Assembly (NCBI GenBank): GCA_951406725.2
Contig: OX597817.1
Location: forward strand, 140,058,001 to 140,122,000
Length of the DNA stretch: 64,000 nt
Direction of reading: 5' to 3'
Source: Octopus vulgaris
Lineage: Eukaryota
Under the pieces are notes generated by a model. That model saw nothing but the letters and a program-made list of their open reading frames with translations, searched no databases and was not told where the DNA came from. The position numbers and the translations under genes were made by a program. Of this stretch, positions 21,260 through 35,559 are shown in pieces (position 1 is the stretch's first letter; the number at the start of each line of letters is the position of its first letter).

Positions 21260-21675
21260 ATTTCTTTACTACCCACAAGGGGCTAAACACGTAGGGGACA
21301 AACAAGGACAGGCAAACAGATTCAGTCGATTACATCGACCCCAGTGCGTAACTGGTGCTTAATTTATCGACCCCAAACGGATGAAATGCAAAGTCGACAT
21401 CGGTGGAATTTGAACTCAGAACGTAGCGGCAGACGAAATGCCTATTTCTTTACTGCACACAAAGGGGCTAAACATAGAGGGGACAAACAAGGACAGACAA
21501 ACGGATTAAGTCGATTACATCGACCCCAGTGCATAACTGGTGCTTAATTTATCGACCCCGAAAGGATGAAAAGCAAAGTCGGCCTCGGTGGAATTTGAAC
21601 CCAGAATGTAACGGCAGACGAAATACGGCTACGCATTTCGCCCGGAGTGCTAACGTTTCTGCCAGCTCGCCGCCT
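21260..21675 (-). mobile_element. SINE family B dimer (full unit + headless unit) with a single TSD
   Basis: 184-bp period (21261 / 21445); TTAAATATATTGAAATATAT at 21240-21259 and 21675-21694. Confidence 0.9.
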
Positions 21676-21689
21676 TAAATATATTGAAA

Positions 21690-22080
21690 TATATTAATGC
21701 AAGAATTCACAGCCAAACATAGTAAGAACGTTTGGGTATGCTTTGGACAACATTCTTCCAGGAGACATACAACAAACGCTGACTTATACCAGGGACTACC
21801 AAATGTGACATTGAAGATACAGCATAGAAGGATGAGTCTAGCTGGATACTGCATCAAACACATCGATGAAATTGCTAAGAAGCTAGTGCTCTGACAACCA
21901 ACGGAAGGAAGAACCAAGAGAGGAAGGAGGAAGACGACCTATATCGACAACTTGCTAGAGGATAGTGGTATGAGAGGGCTACAGGAGCTGAGGACAATTA
22001 TAGAAGATCGAGTTGAGTGGGGAAAACGTGTGGAAATAATCTTGGGGCGTCCTATGGGACGATCTAGACGAGATGATGGA
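21690..22080 (+). pseudogene. Decayed RTE-clade LINE 3' fragment
   Basis: LYQGLPNV..IQHRRMSLAGYC..LVL*QPTEGRTKRGR..YIDNL..DR.EW; GATGATG tail. Confidence 0.7.
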
Positions 22081-22744
22081 CAATATTTTTCCTGTTCTGG
22101 AATACGGCAAGCAACAACAAAACACATCCTCAACAACAAAGCAGCACTCATACTATGTACATAAAATACAATGCTGAACTCACTTGGAGACACGAAGCTG
22201 CATAGAGGGAGAAAGGAAAAAAATCTTTAAATGGTACAGGAAGAGAATCTCGAAAGGGTAAAAGAAGCGAAAGTGCTCGAAGTTAATGGACTGCCTTTTG
22301 TTTCTTTGGAATTTGTTAACGTATGATGGATGTGTGTGTGTATGTGTTTTTGGTTTTTTGTTGTTATTGGGATTTAACACCATGTTGGCTTTGATCGTGC
22401 AGACTCATGACTAAAGGCGTTCCAGTCGAGATCATCCTGTCTTTTTTCATGTATAGCGTACCTAGGTCAATAATAGACAATGTGTTCGTTGCATTGATAT
22501 AGCAAGGTGTTATTTGCGGCACAAAGCCGACAGTTTTCAAGTTGTGGGGCAGGAGGTGTTAGTCAATTACATCAACATCACTACTTGACTGGTACTTTAT
22601 TTTATCGACCTCGAAAAACTGGAAAGCATCTACAGAATTTGAACTTAGAAATGCAAAGAGCTGAACCAAATGCCATAATGAACTTTTTCGACATTCTAAA
22701 GATGCTTCCCTAACAACAACAACAACAACAAAAACAACAACAAT

Positions 22745-24678
22745 AAGTGAGCTTAACAGTACAGGGTATAGTTTTAAAATTGGCGACAAGAAAATAAGTC
22801 ATCTATTTTATATGAATGATTTAAAAAGGCCTTCGACAGAATACCGTATTTGTGGATCTTGAAATCGATGGATATCTTCAGAATCTCTCTGGTGATTTCT
22901 AGCTTCCTGAAACACAACATGTCAAAGTGGAATACGAATCTCCAACTGTACCACTCTGTGCCTACAAAAAAAAAGTAATAATATCAACTGCCGCATTTTC
23001 CAAGGTGACTCACTTTCAACTTTAATTTTCTGTATAGCCCTAATACCCCTTACAAGTGAACTTAACAGAACAAGGTATGGATATAAAATTGGCGACAAGA
23101 AAATAAGTCATCTATTTAAATGGACGACTTAAAACTCTGTGGCAAAGACAATAATGAGCTTGAAGACCTACTACGTACTGTGAAAGCTTTCAGTGATGAC
23201 ATTGAGATGGAATTTGGTCTTCATAAATATGCCAAGGCCACTTTCCGGAGAGGGAAACTGAAGACTTCGCATTCGGTAGTGTTGGATGTTGACACAATCA
23301 TGAAAGAACTCGAGCAGGAACAAACTTACAAATACCTCGGAATAAATGAGGGCTCTGGAATTCAATATGCAAGTATGAAAGTGAAGATCAGGAAGGAGTG
23401 TTACAGGAGAGTTTGAGCAGTCCTAAAATCCGAGTTAAATGCACGTAACTCCGGTTGTTATTAACAGTTTCAATGTTGAACTGGAATATGAGTGAAATAA
23501 GGAAGATTGACAGGAAAATCCGTAAGCTGCTGACTTGATATAAGATGCACCACCCAAAGGCAGACGCAGATCATCTTTGTCTACACAGAGCTCAAGGATG
23601 TCGAGGCTTGATCCATTTTGAAATCTGTTACAAAACCACCACAAATGGACTGGCAAAATATTTTGAAACATCTAACAACTGAATGCTAAAGCTCGTTGAA
23701 AACCATGAAAGAAGGGAGAAGCTTCATTCTGCTATGAATGAGAACAAAACATTTTAAAGTGAGTTTATAATTCCCAGGTTGAACTACATGAGGGAAGTGC
23801 AGCAACTGTAGTTGCAAAATAGGTTAAATCAATAGCAAAGCAAAACGCGCTTGAACAATCGGCTGATAAGTGAGAAGAAAAACCTCTGCATGGCAAATAT
23901 GTGGCCCGTAGCAACCCAGCCGATGTAGACCAGAAGCACACCCATCAGTGGCTACAGAGCTCAGGACTAAAGGCTGAGAGTGAAGGCTTTATCTTGGCTG
24001 CTCAATATCAGAGCTTACTGTCCCGGAACTATAAAGCCAACGTGATGAAAAATGTAGACCCAAAGTGCCGATACTGCAACGATGGGATTGAGACAGTGGA
24101 CTACCTAGTAAGTACAGACCGGACCGTCAAAACAAATAAACCAGATATTGTTGTGAAAGATCAAAAGAATAAAGTCTATTTATTGATCGAAACGAGCATA
24201 GCCTGTGGCTATAATATCTCGGCAAAGGAAATTGATAAGCTCAGAAGATATAAAGATTTGCTAATCGAAATCGAAAAGATGTGGCATCTCAAGACGGTTA
24301 CAATATCAGTGATTGTAGGAGCACTTGGAATGATCAAGGAAGGAACTGAAAATTATTTAAGAATCATCCCTGGCTTAGCATCCATGCAGGAAGTGCAAAA
24401 GATTGTCTTAATTGCTACGTCACACGAATTGAGAAGTGAATTGTTACAGAATTTTCTTTCTCCTTTTCCTATTTTTCTTTGTTTACTTTTTCTTTTATAG
24501 TTTTCCCTTTCTCATTGCCTTTCTTCCACCTTTTCTCTATCACACGTCTATGTAAATGAACTATCTGATGTGCTTATTTTAATGGCCTACCAATGTATAC
24601 AATGCGCTTCTCTGCCCTAGGTGTCAGGAAGACACTCGGCAAGAAATGGAAACACTACTGAAAGAAGATGATAATGAA

Positions 24679-24756
<78 letters not shown>

Positions 24757-24757
24757 T
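22745..24757 (+). mobile_element. 5'-truncated decayed R4/Dong copy with 3' UTR and (TAA)n tail
   Basis: MDDLKL, YKYLG, MHHPKAD, CRYC, KPDIVVKD; 3' UTR GCCCTAGGTGTCAGGAAGACACTCGGCAAGAAATGG matches 50538-50575 (minus). Confidence 0.9.
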
Positions 24758-24959
24758 TAGCCAAAACTCATGTCGGATCATTAACAATGACAAATAGTAA
24801 AAAAAATTAAAATAATAATAATATCAGTGATGATAATAATAATAATGAAAGAAGCGGTTGGAATCTCCCTATGCTCTGATTGATGATGCATCTAGTGATG
24901 GTGTCACAATAAAAACACTGGTATTTGCGCAACTTGATAATCGTTTCCTCATATGAGTG

Positions 24960-26580
24960 ACAATGAAAAAACAAAATATTGTGAATAACGGTGGGAATTA
25001 AACTGAAGCCAATGACGGTGACGGAGTTACACCCGGTAGGCTCAGAGATACTGATATTGGTTCGACTCCAGTCTGTCGATATCCAACAAGGGACCACACA
25101 CGGCATAGACGGAACAAAGAAATCAATGCTGTGGTCATGGAGTGTTACTGTCTGAGCAACCCCGTAGACTAAAATGGTGTTCATATTAGGGGATACTGAC
25201 AATGTTTGTATGATCAATGGAGAGAAAGAGGATTGTTTCAACTCACGGAACAGAGATTATGTGACCAAGCTAGGGCAATAAGAAAAAAATCGTTAGTTCA
25301 CAGAAGTAGAGCTCGAAGCTATCAAAAAATGGGTATTGGGAAACAGCAGCAAAGGAAACGATGAAAATGCAGTTCCTCCTGATAAAATGTAATCTCATAG
25401 CAGAAAACAGAGTTGAAATCTCTAATAAACCACAGGAAAGGAACAGTGATAGCTTGCTCGACGAGAGACATATTGATGCTTTGGAAGAAGACAATAAAAC
25501 TAATGGTGACATGACAGATGGGCAAAAGGCAATCTACGACAGAATAAATGCAAGGCTACAGGAGAATGATAGCGACATTATTTGCAACCTTAAAAAGGTT
25601 GATCAATGGATATTGAACCAAGAAACGAAAAATGTGAAGGAAATTCTGAAATACATCTGAACAAAAAACATCACAGAAACAAAGAATTTGATCAAGGCAG
25701 CAAGTATTATTGTATCAGAAAATGTGGGTGTTGATGTCAATAAAAAGTAATCGCATGGACTGAAGACGAACTAAACAGCTTAGACAGAAAGACAAAGATA
25801 TTGCTGACTAGATATGGGATACTCCACTCAAAAAGTGACAGACAGACTATACGTAGTAAGAAAAAGAGGGGGAAAGAGGACTGATTGGATGAGAACACAG
25901 CATTAGAGCAGAAGAAAACAACATAGCATGGTATATAAAAAATGCCACAGAACCGCTATTATTTGGAAGTAAGATGAGCAAGCATTAAGAACCAATTACA
26001 TCAAAAAAGAATAGTCAACACATCAGAAAGTGATAAGTGCAGAATTTGTGGACAAAATGGTGAAACATTATGGCATATTACCAGTCAATGTACGCCACTA
26101 GCCCAGAAAGAATATAATGCAAAGATTCTATGGGATATTATGATTTAGTTTGACCATGGGATAGAGAATAGGAAACCAGACATAGTGTTAATTGAGAAAA
26201 AAAGCAAACGGTGCTGGATCATAGATATAGCATGCCCAGCTGACAACAAGGTATGCGATAAGGAAGAAAGAAAAATCGATATATACGACAGGTTAGCTTG
26301 GGAGGTTAAGCAGTTGTGGTCGATGAAAAAGGTGGTAGTAGTACCAATAACAGTGGGAGCCCTGGGAACAGAGAGTAAAAGTCTTGAGAAGTACATGGAA
26401 CAAATAGGGGCTGCAATAAGGGTGGAGCACTTGCAGAAAATAGCACTGCTTGGAACCGCTCGAATACTCTGGATGGTGCTCGAAATATAAGGGGTTTTAA
26501 CTTAGTTCACTGGTAGGGAACAGCTGGCACGGTAGTACATTTCCAGAATTAGAAGCTGTGCAAAGACAATAAATAATAGT
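24960..26580 (+). mobile_element. Internally deleted R4/Dong copy, second subfamily
   Basis: N-terminal VVMECY..TEQRLCDQARAIR; C-terminal KPDIVL..IIDIACPAD..VPITVGALG..LQKIALLGTARIL. Confidence 0.85.
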
Positions 26581-26589
26581 AGCCATAGT

Positions 26590-27421
26590 TGAAACAGACG
26601 AAGAAGGCCGGCGTCATCAAAACTGAAAATTGTGTAATGAAAAAGCATGGAAGGAAAAAAATGCACGGTCAGTTTGCAAGAGATGTTGGCTATGGATGAG
26701 GAGTGACCTGAAGATAGAGACAGAAGCACTCATATGCGCAGCTCAAGAACAAGCGTTAAGGACCAACTGCGTGATGTGCAGCATAGACAACACTACCGGC
26801 AGCGAGAAATGCAGAATGTGTGGTAAGAGGGGTGGAACGGTATGGCATATCGTTAGCGAATGCCTGAAATTAACGCGAATGCAAAAAGACACCATGACAG
26901 TGCTGCAAGAATGATCCTTTGCGTGCTCTTTGGAAATCACGGCCGTACAAAGAGCTAAGATGTGATATAAGCAAACCCTAGAATGAGACACCGAGAATTG
27001 CAAAATCCTGCGGGATGCAATGATTCAGTGTGATCAGCTGACCAGACATCGGAAATTGGACATTGTTGCAGTGAATAAAAAATAAAGAACATGCATGATA
27101 ATCGGCACAGCATGCCCCGGTGACAACAGGATCAATGTGAAAGAAGAAGAAAAAATGAACAACTATGACGGTTTGAAGTGGGAAATACGAAGGTTGTGGT
27201 CAATGAAGAGAATAGGCATGATACCAATAGTAATTGGTGCACTTGGAAGTATCAACACTCAACTACCGACATGGGTTTAAAAAGTTTGGTGCAAAAATCA
27301 CCATTGCTTGGAACTGCAAGAATTTTCCGCAGTGTCTCCTTAGTCTGCTGGCTGTGGACAGCTGACACTTTGCATCATATACAGCAAAATGAGCTTTGAG
27401 TTTTCTTAAAATAATAATAAC

Positions 27422-27485
<64 letters not shown>
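26590..27485 (+). mobile_element. R4/Dong 3' fragment with (TAA)n tail
   Basis: ETEALICAAQEQALRTN, CRMC..WHIVSEC, IPIVIGALG. Confidence 0.85.
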
Positions 27486-27752
27486 TGAAAAAAGTGACAG
27501 TAGTACTAATAATTGTCGGAGCCCTGGGAACAGTGAATAAAAATCTTGAGAAGTACATGGAACAAATAGGGGCTGCAATAAGGTTGGAGTACTTGCAGAA
27601 ACAGCACTGCTTGGAACCGCTCGAATACTCCGGAAGCTGCTCGTAAAAAATAAGGGGTGTCACGTGAGTTCACTGATAGTGAACAGCTGGCACTGTTGTA
27701 CATCTCCAGCGTTAGCAGCTGTGCAGTGACAATAAATAATGATAATAATAAG
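27486..27752 (+). mobile_element. Short R4/Dong 3'-end fragment
   Basis: Near-copy of 26322-26580. Confidence 0.85.
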
Positions 27753-27754
27753 TA

Positions 27755-29680
27755 GGACATAGACAGATTATAGGAAAGCGTTTGACAGTGTTTAACATAA
27801 ATGAATACTAAAAGCTTTTGACACGTAGATCTCTCCTGTCATTTTAAAATTCTTACAAAAGAACATGGCCAAATGGAATACACATTTTGCCCTAAGAATA
27901 ATGTATGAACCAATACAACATCAACTTCAAACGAAGCATCTTTCGAGGTGACTTCCTCTCTCCATACCTTTTGGTATAGCACTCATCTCACTTTCAAATG
28001 ATTGGAATAACACCGGATGTGGGTACAAAATTCTTAACAAGATTATAAATAATTTGTTTTACTTGGACGATTTAAAGCTATTTGCAAGGAACGACCAAGA
28101 ACTAGATGAGCTGCTAACAATTGCTAAACAGTTGAGCAATGGGGATGGATTCTTGCCTCGATAAGAGTGTAAAACAACTTTTGTGAGAGGTAAACTCAGA
28201 AAGACAACTTAGATAAACTTAGATATGTTTCGACCAAAGATTGGTCCAGGCCATGTCTAACTTAATAGCACCACCTGATAGGATTATCTAAATCCTGTTT
28301 AAGTCAAGTTTTGTTTATGGTCCATTCAAGTAGTGAGTTCTAGTTGAGTTGTATCTGGTATTTCTTGAAGAATCCTGTCTAGACTCCGTTTAAAGGTGAT
28401 GAAATCCTTTTCGTCTTTGAACTCTTTCGGGATAATATTAAATAGGGCAGGGTCTGTTGAGGAAAATTATATCAACTTCTATTAAATTAGATATTGATGC
28501 TACCACTGAGAAACTTAAGCTACAAGAAACTTACAAATACTTAGGTATGAATGAAGGAAGTGACAGAAATCATGCCATTATGTGGAAATGATAAGAAAGA
28601 AACATTACGGAAGAATAAGACCAGGACTGAAGACTGAGCTGAATTCTGGAAATGGCATCGGAATCATTAACATTCTGTTGATTTCATTTATTCAGTACAG
28701 TCTAAATATCATTAACTAAAATTATACGGAACTCCAACGCATGGACATAAAGACAAGAAAATTATTGATATCTGAGAAGATGCACCACTCTAAGGCAGTG
28801 GGGGAAGAGGAATGATTCAATTAGAATTCTGTTATAAAAGCTGCACTATAGGATTGGACAGGTATTTACCTCGTGCAGCGGACTGGATGCTGCATCTTGT
28901 GCGCGAACATGAAGGCAGCAAAAGTTGCACTCTGTTGTTAACAAAGCATGTAAATTCGGAAGAGAAGTTGATGTTAATCATGAATGAGACTGAAGAACCT
29001 GAAACCATTGATGCCAAGCAAACAGAACGAATGGAGCTGGCTGCTAAAAAGGAAGAGACAGAAACAGCTTGAGGAACGGCGGAGCCAAAAGTCCCTGCAT
29101 GGGCAATATATTCTTTGAAACGAAAATGTTGATGTCGACATAGTATCGATCCGTCAATAGTTGAGAGGTTCAGGATTTAAAGCAGAGACTGGAAGGCTTC
29201 ATACTGGCGGCACAAAGCCAAAGCTTGATTACCAGAATTTACCAGGCTAATACTCTTAAAAACGGTGCTGACCCAAAATGCATATTTTTCAACAAATTTG
29301 AAGTAGCAATAGAGCAATCTTGTCTCGGGCTGCCCTGTGCTATATAAAAACATCTAGAAATCGCCACGATAGGGTAGGGCAATATATACATTAGAAAACA
29401 TGCACGCACTGCTAAATCGATACGCTTGCTAACCGGTATGAATATCGTCCTGAGCTAGTAGCTTCAGGTGAAAGTGACACCATCCTCTGTGATTCTGCTG
29501 TCAACACTAGCAGAAACACCCAGCTTAATCGACCAGACCTAATTATTAAAGACAGTGAAGAAAACACTTGTACATTGATAGATGTAAGTGTCTCTATTGA
29601 TAAAAATATATGTCAAGAAATTTAACAAGCTCATTAAAGAACTGGAAGCTGAAAGACGAAAGATCTTAAATTAAAAACTC
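27755..29680 (+). mobile_element. Highly decayed R4/Dong RT-RLE fragment, interrupted at ~28222-28468
   Basis: DYRKAFDSV, GDFLSP, YLDDLKLF, YKYLG, MHH.KA, RHDRVGQY, NRPDL. Confidence 0.8.
28222..28468 (-). mobile_element. 3' end of a CR1/L2-group LINE nested in a Dong remnant
   Basis: Minus strand STDPALFNIIPK..FKRSLDRILQEIPD; 3' UTR CAGGTGGTGCTATT..GACATGGCCTGG..CGAAAC shared with 35350-35490 and 48892-49198. Confidence 0.7.
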
Positions 29681-30575
29681 TATTGTAATTTCGAGGTAGA
29701 CAAATAGGTGTAAACATACCAGGTCAGTTCGAAGATTCCCCCTACCCAGATCGATGTATGCATGCATTTCTGAGTAGCTATCTCCTCTTCAACATAGAAG
29801 CTTATATTTTTATATTTACATATTTGAATATTGATATATTTGTATATCTATATTTGGATATCAATATATTTGTATATCTGATTTCTAATCTAATAAAACA
29901 TTGGAACTGCAGCCGTTCTTGTTGTTTATCGCCAAATCAGTTCTCATCGAGTGACCCTATGATAGAAAGAAATGAATCCGTGTTCTTTCGACTTTTTCAG
30001 GAACAATGTATCTTGAACTCCATCACTTTATTTTCTCTTTCTATTTCAAAAGCTACATCTTTTCATGGGAAGAAATTTCACTGATATTCGAATTGATCGA
30101 GAGACTGCTTCCGTTCTAATCCCAATCGTGGTTTTTCTTTACGAAGACCAAAGTTTCAAAAATCTCATACATTCAATAATTTAAAAGACATTTTATTACT
30201 TCGATATTTCTGTCATTTTATTTCGAAATTTCCAGAAGAATATTTATTTCTTTGGAATTAATGACTTTTGGTGAAGTAGCTAGGAAACTAATGCCTACCT
30301 AGTGTTAGTGCTCACATGAGAATATTCTTAACAGATTATCTTTAGAAACAGAATAATTAAAGAAAACATTGGTACTGAAAGACAAAATAATTAAATAAAG
30401 CATGCCATCAGTTGCGAATTAAAAATTTTTCACCATTGTTCTAACGAAATTCTAACCAGATTTCTTGCTTCTGTAACACTTGTTCCTATGTTTTCTTCCA
30501 TTTCCATCTTTCTCTCTCATTCTGTTATCTTCTCTCTCTCTCTCTTTATATATATATAAAGCCCTATCTTACTTT

Positions 30576-30616
<41 letters not shown>

Positions 30617-30628
30617 CTATCTTACTTT

Positions 30629-30688
<60 letters not shown>

Positions 30689-30954
30689 AAAGTAAGATAG
30701 GGGCTATGGGTGTAACCCACTATGGGATATCATTTATCCAATATACTGAAACAGCTGTAAGAAGTAATTTCCGGATTTCAATAATTTATAATATGACTTT
30801 TAAAAACTGTATTTGTATTATTATATTATCTATTGATTTATATAATATTCTGTATGCTTTTGATGTTCTCATTTGTAAAATGAATAAATAATCTAACATT
30901 ATAATATCCGTAAGTTGATGAACAAACTGAATTTGTTTCTCCATTTTCTTATTT

Positions 30955-31378
30955 GGCGCAGGAGTGGCTGTGTGGTAAGTAGCTTGCTAACCAACCACAT
31001 GGTTCCGGGTTCAGTCCTACGGCGTGGCATCTTGGGCAAGTGTCTTCTGCTATAGCCCCGGGTCGACCAATGCCTTGTGAGTGGATTTGGTAGACGGAAA
31101 CTGAAAGAAGCCTGTCGTATATATGTATGTATATATATATATATGTATATGTGTGTGTGTGTGTGTTTGTGTGTCTGTGTTTGTCCCCCTAGGATTGCTT
31201 GACAACCGATGCTGGTGTGTTTACGTCCCCGTCACTTAGCGGTTCGGCAAAAGAGACCGATAGAATAAGCACTGGGCTTACAAAGAATAAGTCCCGGGGT
31301 CGATTTGCTCGACTAAAGGCGGTGCTCCAGCATGGCCGCAGTCAAAATGACTGAAACAAGTAAAAGAGTAAAAGAGTA
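30955..31378 (+). mobile_element. SINE family C, full length (tRNA head, CORE-like segment, internal TA/TG microsatellite)
   Basis: A box TGGCTGTGTGG, B box GGTTCAGTCC, CTTGGGCAAGTG CORE-like motif, GTAAAAGA repeated tail; resembles described octopus CORE-SINEs (inference). Confidence 0.88.
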
Positions 31379-32341
31379 TATATATATATATATATATATA
31401 ATACACACACATATATATATAAATTGCTGTCAACATCATTGTTGCTGTTGTTTTGTTTTATATTAGCTGTTGCAAGTCTCTGCCAGAGACCGCCAATAAT
31501 AGAGACCTCGAATAACAGCAGTTTGGACTTTTTACTGTGGGTGTTATTTATGATTAGCGATGATATATTGCAGGGAAAGGAGAGCGAATGCCGTGAATGA
31601 AAATCTTGTTGAATTTGTAATGTTTTCGATTTTGAAAAAGAATCAACCATTCTCTGGTTGATGATGCGCAATGACTTTGAAACTAGTCTCTGGTTGCTGG
31701 CTTTGCTATGTGGAGGTGCTTGTCTCCCCTTTTGAAAACATAAGGACACAAAAAATGTGTCAAGGCCAACTGGAAACGATGTTTCCTAGGGCTAAATAAC
31801 AGTAGCATTCTTTCCTTTCATGAGACTGTCACATTAAGTTGACAGCATACTATCACTTTATCGTGCTGCGACTGCATAAATCTCTCTGAGAGATTTAGAA
31901 ATGTATTATTTCTATTTTCACAATTTATGGTGTTAAACAATTGCTAGGATATTTTTTTACAGGTGTCATCATCATGGGTCCATCAATTTTACCATAGCTA
32001 AAGGGCCGAAATCTATTCCATATTCAGTTACAGTATAAGCAGTAATAATTCAAAGTCAGCTGGAGAAACGTATTTACTCTACTTTGTATTTTTATTTCGA
32101 AACTGATAAAAATGATAAAATTCCTATACAACATAAACGCATTTCAGTCTAAACTGGACTTCTTCAGTGTGATGGCGACGACGACAACCAAAATCGATAC
32201 AGTTTATCAAATAAGAAAAGTAAAGAATGAATATACTCGTAGAACCATTTTCCCATTTCAGAGAGGTAGACAGGTAAACAGACAGATAGATAGATAGATA
32301 GAGAGAGAGAAGAAGCGAGATAAAGACACAGACAGAGAAAG

Positions 32342-32411
<70 letters not shown>

Positions 32412-33169
32412 TTTTTTACGGTCATAGGGTTCTCTGGTAATTTCCTCTTAATCGCTTCAAATGTTTTTCTAAGTGCTCAAGCATTTTTCTAAGTGCAAGG
32501 TTGCGGCCATACTCCCGCATGTGTTTGTGCGTGTGTGTGTGTGTTTATCTATTATGGAAAATGAGATATTACACTTGATTCCTCTCATTCCTATCGCTAC
32601 TAAAGTAAACCAAACAAAAATCACGCGTTTAAAAGCCAGAAACCCGCCAATCGATTAACACCGATGATCAAGGTGTGACGTTAGTCCATTCCTATATTCT
32701 GGGGAAATTAGCGGAGTTATTCGAGCGTTGGACCGACTGCCTCACAGAATTTCTTCCGACTGTAGTCAATTTGGGTTCAAATGTCGTCGAGATCAACTTT
32801 GCTTTTCATCCTTCCAGGGTCGATAAAAAAAGCTGTCCATCCGGAGCAAAGGGATTGGCGAAACCGTAATCAGATCGGATGCCTTGCGGTATTTATTTGT
32901 TCGGTCGCTTTGTGTCCTGACTTCAAATTCCGCCATGATCTATTGGATCAGTAGACTTAATCCATCATCCAACTTAACATCACCACCAGGTACCATGAGT
33001 ACTTTTAGGAGACCACACTCTAACAAAGTCGCTCACAAGGTTTTAGTCGGCTCCGGGCCTGCAGTAGAGGACAGTTGCTCAAGATGTGGCGCACAAGGGG
33101 TCAAGTGGAAACTACGCTGCTACAATGCGAGGTCCTTAATCACAAGCTTATTTGCGTTCATTTTGTCTT

Positions 33170-33390
33170 TTGTCTTTTATATTCTTAGTCATAAGTCTTC
33201 GGCTATACTGGGGCATATCGCTTTTATGAGAATTTTAGTTGAACAAATCGATCCCAGTACTTATGTTTTTGGAATTCTGGTACTTATTCTATCGGTCTCT
33301 TTTGCGGAACCGCTAAGTTACGGGAACATAAACACTCCAACACCGATTGTCAAACAGTGGTGGGCCCAAAATGAGCACACACACACACAC

Positions 33391-33464
<74 letters not shown>

Positions 33465-33625
33465 ATATATATGTACGACGGACTTCTTTAAGTTTTCGTC
33501 TAGCAAATCCACTCAGAATACTCTGGTCGACCTGAAACCATAGAAAACACTTTTTCAGGACGCCACGCAGTAGAATGAACCCGAAATCATGTGGTTGAGA
33601 AACAAACGTCTTAACAAACAGCCAC
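33170..33625 (-). mobile_element. SINE family C, decayed
   Basis: Reverse-complement homology to 30955-31378. Confidence 0.8.
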
Positions 33626-34015
33626 TTCTGTTTGAAAAAAAAAAATGGAAAACTGATTCTCTTAGTAGAGTTCTTCATTTTTTTGAGATGAAAAAAAATT
33701 TTGTGTGAATGAAAATTTATGATTTTATTGAGAGATAAACCAATCTAAATTAGGTTTTATAAAAGAAACAAACGAGAAACAGAAAGAAGTTCACACTCAT
33801 AGAAGTGCACGAATGCATATATGCATATATGCACATATACATAGCAGCACCAAAAGCCATATTTACTTCAGTACAATACAATCGCCCACTTTTTGTACCG
33901 AAACATCAGTAAAGTAATATATTTAAACATCTTATCTTACTTTCACACCGGAATATAAGGCCATACAAGCCCAGTTTTTAATCTAAAATTTCTTTTATAT
34001 GTGAGAGATACGGTC

Positions 34016-34118
<103 letters not shown>

Positions 34119-34201
34119 ATATTCATGCACACACAGACATATGTATGCTTATATACTATGTATGAGTGTGTATGCATATGTACTTATATTTATATATATG
34201 T

Positions 34202-34266
<65 letters not shown>

Positions 34267-34300
34267 TACAAACATACATACATATATGTACTTTTTTACG

Positions 34301-34389
<89 letters not shown>

Positions 34390-34685
34390 GCGTTTGTGTG
34401 GTATCTTACAGTACACGTGGACACACATATATATGAAATGAAATAGAAATAGCAAAGCTATATAAATATGCATGAATTTCTGCTCCATCACCACGAGGCA
34501 AACAATATTCCAACTCTCATCCGCCCACAACACCAAAAGATAGAAGAGAAAAATTTGTATGAATTTTCTCTCAAGAAATACTAATCTCTTCCGGATAATA
34601 AATATCGCAATTCAGAAAAAAATGAAATTGACGCCTCTAGTCTAGAAGAATTATTCCATGCACTAATATGGAGTAAATGGAATTA

Positions 34686-34749
<64 letters not shown>

Positions 34750-34895
34750 TACGTGTATGTAGGTATATACATATATACACTCATTTATATATGAATATAT
34801 ATATGTGTATATATTTGTATATGTTTATGTATATCCATATAAAGATATATGTATGTACGTATATAACACAAATAATATATACCCATATATGTATA

Positions 34896-34938
<43 letters not shown>

Positions 34939-34975
34939 GCACACACTCACACACATATGTATTTTTCTACATACC

Positions 34976-35022
<47 letters not shown>

Positions 35023-35349
35023 CCCACCGCACACACACACACATATATATATACGAACCATTTCAGTTTGCGCAATAACTGTGTGATGGGTAGTAAATGT
35101 AGCTTCTACAAATGTAATAAGACAGTTTTGAAATGAAAATACAGTTGTTCGAATAAATCTGTGATTCTGCAAGCGTTGTAATGTGACTGTGAATAATATA
35201 AAAATTGATTAATGATATCGTTGGTAAATGTTACTTATATCTTTAATCATAGACAATAACTCCAAGCTTCGTTATGATATCCAGAATGAGCGGAGTCCGC
35301 TGTGACCCCTGCTTCAGAAATAAGTAATCAAATGGAATGTGTGCGTGTG

Positions 35350-35490
35350 AGTGTGTCGAACAATAATATCTCTTTGCTAGTGTGGACCATGGTACTCCTT
35401 ATATGACTAAAAGACTTCACCAGGTGGTGCTATTGAGTTAGACATGGCCTGGGCCTATACAAGCCGAAACCTATCAAAGTTATCCAAGTT
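35350..35490 (+). mobile_element. Short LINE 3'-end fragment, same family as 48892-49198
   Basis: Near reverse complement of 48892-49030. Confidence 0.75.
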
Positions 35491-35507
35491 ATATACATAC
35501 ACACACA

Positions 35508-35559
<52 letters not shown>

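Noticed and set aside
31342-31749. 135-aa ORF in unique sequence
   Set aside because: No recognisable domain; runs into microsatellite and SINE sequence
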